Assembly (NCBI GenBank): GCA_024685175.1
Contig: JAIKWD010000021.1
Span: 7,192-71,191 of the forward strand
Origin: Bacteroidales bacterium
GTDB lineage: Bacteria; Bacteroidota; Bacteroidia; Bacteroidales; WCHB1-69
Direction of reading: 5' to 3'
Length of the DNA: 64,000 nt
Shown here: positions 26,901-34,599 of the stretch, in pieces
Layout: each line of letters starts with the position of its first letter
Numbering within the stretch: the first letter of the stretch is position 1
Translations under genes and position numbers: made by a program
The notes under the pieces: model-generated
The model's input: only the letters and a program-made list of their open reading frames with translations
The model's database searches: none
What the model was told of the DNA's origin: nothing

Positions 26901-29900
26901 TGGAGAGCATCTCACTTTTGGATGACACGCAAGCCCAGGAGTTGGATGGCTTCAACCAAACGGCCGTTCCCTATGATGATACGCAGACCATCGTTTCCCT
27001 GTTCCGAAAAGCCGTAAAAGAACACCCCGACAACACCGCGGTTGTCTATACGGACAAGATATTCACTTATCGGGATGTAGATGATATCACGGACCGTATT
27101 GCCGCGTATGTCGTCTCCAAGGGTCTGGGACGCGAGGATGTGGTGTCCGTGCTGATTCCTCGTAGCGAGTGGATGCCCATAGCCTCTTTGGGCGTGCTCA
27201 AGGCCGGCTGCGCCTATCAGCCCCTTGACCCGTCGTATCCGGCAGAGCGACTGAACTTTATGATGAAAGACGCCAACGCCAAGTTGCTGATTGCCGATGC
27301 GGAACTTCGTCCCATCGTGGATGAATATACAGGTGAGGTGTTGATGACCAAAGACATCGCCGCCTTGCCGCAGCGTCCGGCACCGCAGGTGGAGGTTAAG
27401 CCTAACGACCTGTTCATCCTGCTCTACACCTCGGGCTCTACCGGAACGCCGAAGGGCTGCCAGTGGGAGCACCGCAACATTGTGGCCTTCTGCCATTGGT
27501 ACCAACGCAAGTTTGCCCTCGATGCCGGTTGCCGCGTGTCGGCGTATGCTTCCTACGGCTTCGACGCCTGCCAGATGGATATGTATTCCGCGCTGACTTG
27601 CGGAGCGGCCGTCTACATCATCTCCGAAGACATCCGTCTCAACCTGCCTGAGTTGAGTCGCTATTTTGATGCTATGCAGATCACGCACGCTTTTATGACC
27701 ACGCAGATTGCCTACCAGTTTGCCACGACACAACAGTGTCATAGTCTGCATTATCTCTTGACGGGTGGCGAGAAGCTGGCGTCGCTAACGCCGCCGGAGG
27801 ACTATACGCTGGTCAACATCTACGGTCCGACGGAGACGACCATCTGCATCACCACGTTCGAGGTAAAGGAGATCTTGCAGGATATCCCTGTCGGCAAGGC
27901 CCTTGACAACCTTCAGCTCTATGTCGTGGACCATTGTGGCAATCGTTTGCCCGTGGGTGCGGCCGGCGAGTTGTGGGTGTCCGGTCCGCAGGTGAGCCGC
28001 GGCTATCTCAACCGTCCGGAGAAGACCGCCGAGACCTACATTGCCAATCCGTTCGGCCCGGGCGTCGTCTATCGCACTGGCGACATTGTGCGTTTCCAGC
28101 CCGACGGCAACGTCCAGTTCGTAGGTCGTCGCGACGGACAGGTCAAGATTCGCGGCTTCCGCATTGAACTCAAAGAGGTGGAAGCCGTTATTAGACAATT
28201 TCCTGATGTTAAAGATGTTACCGTGCAGGCCTTCGATTATGAGAAGGGCGGCAAGTACATCGCAGCGTATGTTGTGGGCGACAAGGAAATCGACGTGCCC
28301 GTGCTCAACCAGTTCATTGCACGACAAAAACCATCCTATATGGTGCCAGCTGCCACGATGCAGATCGACGCCATCCCGTTGAACCAGAACCAGAAGGTGA
28401 ACCGCAAGGCGTTGCCCGCGCCGGTCATCAATGCCGCGGATCGCGAATACGTGGCGCCGAGCAACGACCTTGAGAAGTTGTTCTGCGAAATCTATGCCTC
28501 TATCTTGGCATTGGATAAGGTGGGTGCCACCGACAACTTCTTCGATTTGGGCGGCACTTCGCTGATGGTGACGCGCGTTATCATCGAAGCCGACAAGGCG
28601 GGGCATCACGTGGCCTATGGCGACCTCTTTGACCATCCTACGCCAAGACTTCTGGCCTCTCTCATCACGGGTGGTGCGGTCGGCGAGTCCAAGTCCGAGA
28701 ACCCCATTGCCGATTACGACTACACCGCCATCCACGAGACGCTGAAGGGCAATACGCTTGACGCGTTCCGCCAGGGCGAGCGCCAGTCGTTGGGCAACGT
28801 GCTTTTGACCGGCGCTACCGGATTTCTCGGCATTCACGTGCTCAACGAACTGATCCATTCCGATGCCCCGAAGATCTACTGCCTGGTGCGTGGAAAAGGG
28901 GAGGAGGATGCCCGAAAACGTTTGCAGACCCTGTTGTTCTACTATTTCGATACATCTTTCAACGAAGAACTTGAGTCCGGACGTCTCAACGTCGTGTGCG
29001 GGGATGTGACCGCCGATTTCGGCCCTGCCCTGGTCGATGCGTCCATCCAGACCGTCTTCAACTGCGCGGCTATTGTGAAACATTTCTCGAAGGGCACGGA
29101 GATTGAGGATGTCAACATCGGCGGTGCGGAACGCTGCGTGCAGTTCTGTCTCCAGACCGGCGCCCGTCTGGTACACATCTCCACCTATAGTACCGCCGGA
29201 CTCTCTGTGAACGGAAATCCCGAGCCCGGCACCATCCAGACCGAGCAGGTCCTGTATTACGGACAGTTTATGGACAATGCCTACATCAACTCCAAGTTCA
29301 TCGCCGAGCGTATCGTCTTGGAGGCGATGGCAAGTCAAGGACTGGGTGCGAAGGTGATGCGTGTGGGCAACCTGTCGCCGCGCTCCACGGATGGCGAGTT
29401 CCAAATCAACTTCCAGACTAACAGTGCGATGGGACGTGTGCGGGCCTTCCGCATCTTGGGCGGCTATGCGTATGAGAACAGCGACGACCCGATGGAGTTC
29501 TCGCCCATCAATGAGGTGGCGGCATCCATTGTGGCCCTGAGCGCCACGCCGAAGCCGTGTTGCCTGTTCCATCCCTATAACAACCATTTCGTCCATTTCG
29601 GCGATGTGATGAACGAGTTGAGTGTCATCGGCCCCGCTCCGGCGCAAATGGAGGCGGCCGAGTTCGAAGCACGGCTCAACGCGGTGAAGGACGACCCACA
29701 GAAGGCCAAGTTCCTCTCCAGTCTGCTGGCCTACCAGGATATGGCTCACGGCCAGAAGTCAACGATGATCCCCACGGCCAACACCTACACCACGCAGGTA
29801 TTGTACCGACTTGGCTTCCACTGGTCCACCACATCCTGGGACTACATTGACAAATTCCTTACCGCCATCGACGGTTTGGGCTACTTTGACGAATCCTTGG

Positions 29901-29905
29901 AATAA
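22625..29905 (+). CDS. bimodular nonribosomal peptide synthetase, C-A-T-C-A-T-R
   Basis: 2426 aa. Two HHxxxDG motifs, two LYTSGSTGxPKGC (A3) motifs, two YGPTE(C/T)T (A5) motifs, two carrier-protein Ser motifs, and a terminal LLTGATGFLG Rossmann plus YINSK reductase. Confidence 0.95.
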   Translation: MKQTFPLSSSQLGIFAVCNDHKGEICYNLPFCFGFDGSLDGERLRQAVMAYVYAHPILFARIGMNDEGEPLMTLDLDNEQWDLEMEEVADIEAEKAAFPKPFDIVGDRLFRMRLLHCGDHFYLLTDIHHLINDGSSHHNMLHDFEVAYDGETLAPEELTLMDVARAEVELKKSPAFEEGKKWYAQHFDCGDISTELLPDIEGPVHYDAIKNRVLQTKLEDVDAFCRAKGIFKSTFFTAAYAFLLAKYVGDKETLFNTVYNGRTDKRLAHSQGMFVKTLPIYLKFDNDTTALKLMQDCQQLIADSREHDVYSYRDIAHDLQLQIATDFVWHGMILSDIKFAGKPMTADFIGVETHISPFYMRAYLQDGHVCLDVEYSADKYSLAFVDQIMESYEAVVDGFLVCDYLRDIDITTKSQLALLDGFNATDVPYDDTQTIVSLFRAQAQKTPDNLAVVFKDKQYTYKEMDEISDRIAAFVSSKGLGREDVVSVLIPRCEWMAVASMGILKAGCAYQPLDPTYPSERLNFMMKDANAKLLVADEELRPIVNEYEGEVLFTKDIVGLPDSPAPKVEVKPEDLFIMLYTSGSTGVPKGCQLIHSNLVCFCHWYQRYYGLLPEHNVAAYASYGFDACMMDMYPALTGGATIHIVPEEIRLDLIALNDYFEQNHITHSFMTTQVGFQFATTIENHSLQHLSVGGEKLASLAPLAKGLLHNGYGPTECTIFTTTYPVRETLKNIPIGKPVDNMHLYVVDSQGHRLPVGASGELCIAGPQVSRGYLNRPEKMAEVFVPNPYETSPKYARMYRSGDIVRYLPDGNIQFVGRRDAQVKIRGFRIELTEVEGIIRQYPGIKDVTVQAFDEEGGGKFIAAYIVSDQQIDIEALNQFIMEEKPPYMVPAVTMQVEAIPLTQNQKVNKRALPKPEKKAAVEEVSNAPLNVLEQQIKEMVAGVVGHKDFGITTVLGYAGLTSISAIKLAVHINKTFNVALDAKSLVKKGTVQSIENEILSKLLNPDANVIASNVATETATATTCELSYAQTGVYFDCLKNPLSTIYNMPMKIGFPIDVDTEKLAAAVRQLVIIHPQLTVSIGNEGGNAVQTTHPDIEIDIPVVQMSEEELKITKQDFVKPFNLKQAPLCRFQIVKTEKGVYLLSDMHHLVSDGGSYDLFINQLCDLMEGKEVDVEQMNYASYVEAEKEAEKTETYAEAKRFFHDQLSMVDGVTELTSDLTNPHANGTTSCVAAPFDWQAVNEFCRKQGITPAHLTLAAVYYVLSRFANAEDVCITTISSGRSNLGIQSTVGMFINTLALSAKVGQQPVLDFIRETRDKFDATLLHENYPFAQIAADYDLSAEIMFAYQMGVLNHYYLQGKEVDVESLELDVPKFPIAFYVREEDGKPSVAVEYDNGRYSEGMMREIAKSVANVTKAFIAKPDAMLESISLLDDTQAQELDGFNQTAVPYDDTQTIVSLFRKAVKEHPDNTAVVYTDKIFTYRDVDDITDRIAAYVVSKGLGREDVVSVLIPRSEWMPIASLGVLKAGCAYQPLDPSYPAERLNFMMKDANAKLLIADAELRPIVDEYTGEVLMTKDIAALPQRPAPQVEVKPNDLFILLYTSGSTGTPKGCQWEHRNIVAFCHWYQRKFALDAGCRVSAYASYGFDACQMDMYSALTCGAAVYIISEDIRLNLPELSRYFDAMQITHAFMTTQIAYQFATTQQCHSLHYLLTGGEKLASLTPPEDYTLVNIYGPTETTICITTFEVKEILQDIPVGKALDNLQLYVVDHCGNRLPVGAAGELWVSGPQVSRGYLNRPEKTAETYIANPFGPGVVYRTGDIVRFQPDGNVQFVGRRDGQVKIRGFRIELKEVEAVIRQFPDVKDVTVQAFDYEKGGKYIAAYVVGDKEIDVPVLNQFIARQKPSYMVPAATMQIDAIPLNQNQKVNRKALPAPVINAADREYVAPSNDLEKLFCEIYASILALDKVGATDNFFDLGGTSLMVTRVIIEADKAGHHVAYGDLFDHPTPRLLASLITGGAVGESKSENPIADYDYTAIHETLKGNTLDAFRQGERQSLGNVLLTGATGFLGIHVLNELIHSDAPKIYCLVRGKGEEDARKRLQTLLFYYFDTSFNEELESGRLNVVCGDVTADFGPALVDASIQTVFNCAAIVKHFSKGTEIEDVNIGGAERCVQFCLQTGARLVHISTYSTAGLSVNGNPEPGTIQTEQVLYYGQFMDNAYINSKFIAERIVLEAMASQGLGAKVMRVGNLSPRSTDGEFQINFQTNSAMGRVRAFRILGGYAYENSDDPMEFSPINEVAASIVALSATPKPCCLFHPYNNHFVHFGDVMNELSVIGPAPAQMEAAEFEARLNAVKDDPQKAKFLSSLLAYQDMAHGQKSTMIPTANTYTTQVLYRLGFHWSTTSWDYIDKFLTAIDGLGYFDESLE
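23905..25365 (+). other. NRPS domain A1 (adenylation)
   Basis: LYTSGSTGVPKGC at 24359-24397, plus YGPTECT, GELCIAGPQVSRGYLNRPE, YRSGDIVRY, and VKIRGFRIEL...NQKVNKRALP. Confidence 0.8.
25400..25620 (+). other. NRPS domain T1 (carrier protein; slightly atypical Ser motif GYAGLTSISAIKL)
   Basis: Ser motif near 25502-25530, in the position expected between A1 and C2. Confidence 0.6.
25690..26950 (+). other. NRPS domain C2 (condensation)
   Basis: MHHLVSDGGS, with HHLVSDG at 26066-26086. Confidence 0.75.
26966..28417 (+). other. NRPS domain A2 (adenylation)
   Basis: LYTSGSTGTPKGC at 27422-27460, plus YGPTETT, GELWVSGPQVSRGYLNRPE and NQKVNRKALP. Confidence 0.8.
28450..28665 (+). other. NRPS domain T2 (carrier protein)
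   Basis: FFDLGGTSLMVTRV, with the canonical GGxS near 28538-28570. Confidence 0.8.
28790..29902 (+). other. NRPS terminal thioester reductase (R) domain
   Basis: VLLTGATGFLGIHVLNELI (28802-28831) NAD(P)-binding motif. YINSKFIAE is the SDR-type Y-x-x-x-K. Confidence 0.8.
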
Positions 29906-30495
29906 TGCTCTACATCAACGACCATGTTGAAACTCTGGATTGGCAGGCGCATCTCTCGGAGTTGCCTGCCGCCCGCCAGGAAAAATGCCTGCGTTATCTG
30001 AAAGAAGAATCCCGTCGGCAATGCGTGGCCGCGTGGCTGTTGCTGCGCGATGCCCTGGAAAGCCAATACGGTCTCAAAGAGGTGCCGGAAATAGCCTATA
30101 TGCCTGATGGTAAGCCCTATTTCCCGAAAAGGCCGGATATTCATTTCTCCCTCAGTCACTGTTCCAAGGCCGTGGCTTGTGCGCTTGGCGACCGCCCGGT
30201 TGGCGTGGATGTGGAGCGCATACGGACCTATGATGACGAAGTGGCCGCCTATGTCCTGAACGATGCAGAGTTGGAACATGTGCGTAGCGCTGACAATCCC
30301 GCCTTGGAGTTTACCAAAATCTGGACGCAAAAAGAGAGCTGTCTGAAACTTACCGGCGAAGGCCTGACACGTGACCTGAAAGAAATCCTGACACAGTACA
30401 AAGTGGATTTTCAGACAAGCGTGGAACTTGAGAAGGGATACGTGTGCACCGAAGCGGTGGAATCGGTGATAATTCATAAGACGAAGAGAATCTAG
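29905..30495 (+). CDS. 4'-phosphopantetheinyl transferase (Sfp type)
   Basis: 196 aa. FSLSHC, VGVDVERI and WTQKESCLKLTGEGL are the three PPTase motifs. The ATG overlaps the NRPS stop (TAATG). Confidence 0.85.
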   Translation: MLYINDHVETLDWQAHLSELPAARQEKCLRYLKEESRRQCVAAWLLLRDALESQYGLKEVPEIAYMPDGKPYFPKRPDIHFSLSHCSKAVACALGDRPVGVDVERIRTYDDEVAAYVLNDAELEHVRSADNPALEFTKIWTQKESCLKLTGEGLTRDLKEILTQYKVDFQTSVELEKGYVCTEAVESVIIHKTKRI

Positions 30496-30504
30496 AAAAC
30501 GTCT

Positions 30505-31905
30505 TTATTTCCTAATTCCCTCCATCCACTCTGTGATGATTTCCAGTGCTTTAGGTTGGATGGTCTCCTCTATGGCGCCGTACTCTTCTGGGCTGCCAGT
30601 AGTGCAGGTCTGGAGCAGGTGGTTGGCGTTCTCCAAGACTACGAACTTGTGGTTTCTGTTCTTTGGTAAATATTTGGCGAACAGTTGGTTGTTGGCCACG
30701 GCGTCCACTTGTAGGTCTTTCTCTCCCCCAATGGCTAGAACCGGACATCTCATCTTCTTGATGTAGGATTTTGGGTTGAAACGGATGAAGTTGAAAAACC
30801 AGGGTGAGGACATCTGGCTGGCCTGTGCCCTGCGGTTTTCAAGGGTCATCCCGTACCTTTCTTGTTCTTCCGCGGTCAGCTTCTCGGCAAGGCGGTCCAT
30901 TGTCTGTCGGAGCACGGCGGCGGCCTGTTTGGGGTCTTTGGTCTTGCCCACGGCCCGATAGACGGCATCCGACAGGACCACGGAGTTGTCGATCTCCTCG
31001 GGCGTGAGTTTGCCGGAGACCTCGTTGATGGCGCGGACTTGGTACAGCAAGACATCGGTGTTCTTTTGCGCCACGCCGCCTATCGTGACGACGAATTGCA
31101 CGCGTTTGTCGCGGGCGGCCACGATTTCGGCCACTTGACTGCCCTCGCTATGGCCGAGGAGCCCGGTGGTCAGTGGCGCAAGATCCTGCCGGCGTGAAAA
31201 AGAGTCCAGAATCATCACAACTCCATCGGCGAAGTCGAAGGTCGTGGACTTGGTGAACACGGCTTGTGGATAGTCGTCGTAGCGGAACACGGCGTAGCCG
31301 TTGCGGGTGAGATGGTCGGCGATGACCTGGAACGGCTTGTGTCCCATAAGCGTCTCGTCACGGTCCTGCCATCCAGAGCCCGTGATGAGAATGACCAATG
31401 CCTTGGGCGTGCCCTCCGGCATCGTGAGCGTGCCGTTGATGAGGTTGTAGCGGCCGCCTTTCTCCTTGATGCCGATCTCTTCTTCCCGATACGGATATGG
31501 AGGCTGAGGCGTTTGCGGACGATTGATGGTCTTGCGCTCGTGCCCACGTTCCAAGGTTAACGGCAGACTCTTGTTGAACTGTTTGAGGGTGCCTGCGATG
31601 TGCTTTCCGTCGGCGGCCAGCCGACCCGTGAAGGCGGCGCTGATGTCCGCCACGCTCCATTTCAGCGTGCTGTCCTGCCAACTGCTGCTGGTGGCGGGGA
31701 TGTCCATTGTATATTGGTCTGGACTGTCCAAGGACAGCTGCAAGGAGTCGCCGTCTTGCTCCATCCATAAACCGATGGTGAGCGAGTCGCTCGGCGTGAT
31801 ACGGAGCATGCCTTCCCAATATCCGGTGATGTCTTGCGCAGAAACGATTGAACACATCAGGACGAGGACGACGACCGATAATAGTTGTCGGGTGCTATTT
31901 CTCAT
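30505..31905 (-). CDS. secreted alpha/beta hydrolase (S9/S33-like serine hydrolase)
   Basis: Signal peptide. Nucleophile elbow LLGHSEGSQVA. An N-terminal ~130-aa extra domain. Confidence 0.7.
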   Translation of the reverse strand: MRNSTRQLLSVVVLVLMCSIVSAQDITGYWEGMLRITPSDSLTIGLWMEQDGDSLQLSLDSPDQYTMDIPATSSSWQDSTLKWSVADISAAFTGRLAADGKHIAGTLKQFNKSLPLTLERGHERKTINRPQTPQPPYPYREEEIGIKEKGGRYNLINGTLTMPEGTPKALVILITGSGWQDRDETLMGHKPFQVIADHLTRNGYAVFRYDDYPQAVFTKSTTFDFADGVVMILDSFSRRQDLAPLTTGLLGHSEGSQVAEIVAARDKRVQFVVTIGGVAQKNTDVLLYQVRAINEVSGKLTPEEIDNSVVLSDAVYRAVGKTKDPKQAAAVLRQTMDRLAEKLTAEEQERYGMTLENRRAQASQMSSPWFFNFIRFNPKSYIKKMRCPVLAIGGEKDLQVDAVANNQLFAKYLPKNRNHKFVVLENANHLLQTCTTGSPEEYGAIEETIQPKALEIITEWMEGIRK

Positions 31906-32368
31906 AGTTGTTCCACAATAGGGTTAAGGATGGATACGATTCTTGCATCTTGCTGTCCACATCGGCAATGGGCACCCATACGGCCTCGGAGATGTCTTCT
32001 ATGGTCTGCGGTGTGAGAGCCTGCTTGGGGGCGCTCATCTTGTACCAATGCGTCTCTTTGAGTATGGGCTCGCCGCGCAACTCGTATGTGTGGAATGTGC
32101 TGGGCAACGGCTCTCCAAGCATGATGTCGCGCAACCCCGTCTCTTCTTCCACCTCGCGAACGGCCGTCTCGTCGTATTGCTCGCCTTCTTCCACCTTGCC
32201 CTTGGGAAAATCCCATTTCCCGAGGCGGTGTATCATCAAAATCTCGTCTTCGTCGTTGCGAACGATACCTCCCGCGGCGTGTATGATGCGATAATCTGTT
32301 GTGAATTGCTCGAATTCCGCTTTGCTGTTGATTTCTATGGGCTCGTTGTTCTTGAAGATGAGAATCAT
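31895..32368 (-). CDS. NUDIX hydrolase
   Basis: Nudix box: GKWDFPKGKVEEGEQYDETAVREVEEETG. Confidence 0.85.
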   Translation of the reverse strand: MILIFKNNEPIEINSKAEFEQFTTDYRIIHAAGGIVRNDEDEILMIHRLGKWDFPKGKVEEGEQYDETAVREVEEETGLRDIMLGEPLPSTFHTYELRGEPILKETHWYKMSAPKQALTPQTIEDISEAVWVPIADVDSKMQESYPSLTLLWNNYEK

Positions 32369-32379
32369 ATCGATGAGTT

Positions 32380-34599
32380 TTAATGTGTGCTTTTGATCAA
32401 TTTTGTCCTGTAGGAATGATTGATTTCAAGGATATATAATCCGTCGGGTAAATGGCTGATGTCAAGATGGCGGCTGCCATATCGAGCCAATATCTGTCCT
32501 GCGAGGTTGTACACGATGACTGTTTTGACTTCACCGTCGGGGTAATCGATGTCAATAGGTCCGTTTGTGGGATTGGGACTCAGCGTTGCCGGACTATAAG
32601 TGTGCTCGGAAATGCCGGCGGGGTGGTTGGCGGGAGCGCGTCCTTTCAGGTAGGTGAGGCCTCCGGCATAATTGCCGGCTATGAGGTCGGGATAGGCGTC
32701 CTCACCAAGGTGTGCGATGGCGGGAGCCACTCGTCGCCCATCTTTGAAGGGAATAGCGCAATGTTGGCAGGTCTCGTCTTCATTGTCCCACACTACACCG
32801 GATAGCGTGAATGTACCGTATAAATTGTTATCAATGTTCTTGTAACAGAAAACATATCCACGATCACTACCACAAAACAGGACGGTGCCGTTCAAAGTAT
32901 CGCTATAAAAACACGGGACACTGTAACCGAAATAGGACTGTTCGTGGTCGCATACATCAACCTGCCCCAAGTTATCGGTAATGAGTTCAAATCTATGTGG
33001 ACTGCAGGCCGTGATGTTACGGTAGTAATACAATTTTCCTTCTTGGTTGCCGATAATTAAATCCGTTCTCCTATCATAATCAAGGTCAAAAAGGGTAGGG
33101 GTGCTGTATTTTCCCACATCGATTTCTTGATAGTTCTCGATGAAAAAATCCGATTCGGAGGCGATTCTTTCGTGCGGGATGAGCAGTAGGGTACCGTCTT
33201 CTTGCCCACAGACCATATCGGTCCTGGAATCCCCGTAGAAAGAGCCAAATGATGGATGCAACGCTTTGATGTTTAGTTCTTTAAGATGGCCAAAATCGTC
33301 ATCGGCCAATTCAAATGCAGGTTGTTGGCTGCTGCCTACGTTGTGGTAGTATCGTATGGATGAGGAGAAGGATGATTGAACAAATCCATTCACGACGTTT
33401 GCGCTGTCGAAACTACCGTAGTTGGCTACAAAGAGGTCCAAAAGTCCGTCTCCGTCCCAGTCGAAGAACACAGGATGGCTGCCGCTGCCCATGTCAATCA
33501 TGTCTTCTTGGAGGAAGGCGGTGTTGACGAGCGTGTATTGTTGCAGGGTGGTGTCGAAATCATAACGCCACACGCTATTGAGGTCTTGAGACTTGGCGAG
33601 GGCGGGGTCGGAGGGCGAGGCGATGAGGGAAGGACGCACTTGTCCGGGCAGTTGCACGAGAGAAGGGGCTGGCATAGAGTAGAGGTGAACCGGTGCTCCG
33701 GCGGGAAACAACGTGTCCATCATCGTCATCCGTGCCTCTTCGCCAGTGCCGTGGTTGTAGAGCATGGCGAGGTTCGGAGCATCGATGTCGCCCACCAGAA
33801 TGTCGGGCAGACCGTTGTCATCGAAGTCGTGCAGTAGCATTGACGACCCCACGTGGCGAGTATGCCCGTCATCGCTTTTCTCCCCACAGTCGGAGAACAA
33901 CGTGATGGCATTGCCGTCGGCGGCCTCTTCAAAATGGCCCCAACACTCGGACTCCAACCGGAAATCGAATTGTCCGGGCTGCGTGGCGTAGTTGCGGAGA
34001 TAGTGGACGTATTTTCCCAAAACCCAGAAGTTCAGGATGTCCACGTGCCCGTCACCGTCCACGTCTTCCACCACGATGTAGTCGTCGGGCGAGGCGTAGA
34101 TGTTGACATAGCCGTTGTAATAGAACGCCTGCAGTTGGTCGGTGACCAGTTCGAACTCCAATTGTGTGTCGGAGATATTATGGAAAACGCGTATCCCGGC
34201 CAATCCGTAGGTGAAAATGTCGGGCTTGCCGTCGTTGTCGTAGTCCTGTAGAATGGCCCAGTCGTGCAGTTCGGGAAACCTGCGAGCGTATTCGGGAGCA
34301 AATAGGTACTTGTCTCCACGACGCAGGAAAGTGAGCGCGCGGTTGCCATGTTTCTCGAAGGCGAAAAGGTCTTTGTTACCATCCCGGTCAAGGTCGATTT
34401 CGGACAGACGGATGCCGTTGATGCCGCCACCCCAGGCATTTGCCAGGGAGTCTCCATCTGAAAAGACTGGTGTGGATGGATTGCGAAAGAAACTATAGTC
34501 GTCGGTCACTTCTTGTGCGCATACGTAGTGTGCAAGGCACAATGAAAGCAAAAACGGGATGACGAACTTAAAGGGACTCATAGCACGATTATCTGACAC
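32380..34599 (-). CDS. FG-GAP/VCBS repeat protein with T9SS C-terminal sorting domain
   Basis: Repeated D-x-D-x-D-G-x-x-D motifs (DLDRDGNKDLF, DYDNDGKPDIF, DVDGDGHVDIL, DFDDNGLPDIL, DWDGDGLLDLF). The C-terminal LSPNPTNGPIDID...LPDGLYILEI is CTD-like. Confidence 0.7.
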   Translation of the reverse strand: MSDNRAMSPFKFVIPFLLSLCLAHYVCAQEVTDDYSFFRNPSTPVFSDGDSLANAWGGGINGIRLSEIDLDRDGNKDLFAFEKHGNRALTFLRRGDKYLFAPEYARRFPELHDWAILQDYDNDGKPDIFTYGLAGIRVFHNISDTQLEFELVTDQLQAFYYNGYVNIYASPDDYIVVEDVDGDGHVDILNFWVLGKYVHYLRNYATQPGQFDFRLESECWGHFEEAADGNAITLFSDCGEKSDDGHTRHVGSSMLLHDFDDNGLPDILVGDIDAPNLAMLYNHGTGEEARMTMMDTLFPAGAPVHLYSMPAPSLVQLPGQVRPSLIASPSDPALAKSQDLNSVWRYDFDTTLQQYTLVNTAFLQEDMIDMGSGSHPVFFDWDGDGLLDLFVANYGSFDSANVVNGFVQSSFSSSIRYYHNVGSSQQPAFELADDDFGHLKELNIKALHPSFGSFYGDSRTDMVCGQEDGTLLLIPHERIASESDFFIENYQEIDVGKYSTPTLFDLDYDRRTDLIIGNQEGKLYYYRNITACSPHRFELITDNLGQVDVCDHEQSYFGYSVPCFYSDTLNGTVLFCGSDRGYVFCYKNIDNNLYGTFTLSGVVWDNEDETCQHCAIPFKDGRRVAPAIAHLGEDAYPDLIAGNYAGGLTYLKGRAPANHPAGISEHTYSPATLSPNPTNGPIDIDYPDGEVKTVIVYNLAGQILARYGSRHLDISHLPDGLYILEINHSYRTKLIKSTH

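Noticed and set aside
27785-29749. 654-aa minus-strand ORF, plus similar ORFs at 22754-23431, 24743-25465, 26114-26701 and 26912-27751
   Set aside because: All are antisense to the NRPS, whose frame carries every expected core motif. These are shadow ORFs.
30505-31905. Alpha/beta hydrolase as a type II thioesterase of the NRPS cluster
   Set aside because: It is convergent on the opposite strand, carries a secretion signal and an extra N-terminal domain, and is much larger than type II thioesterases. It is probably unrelated.
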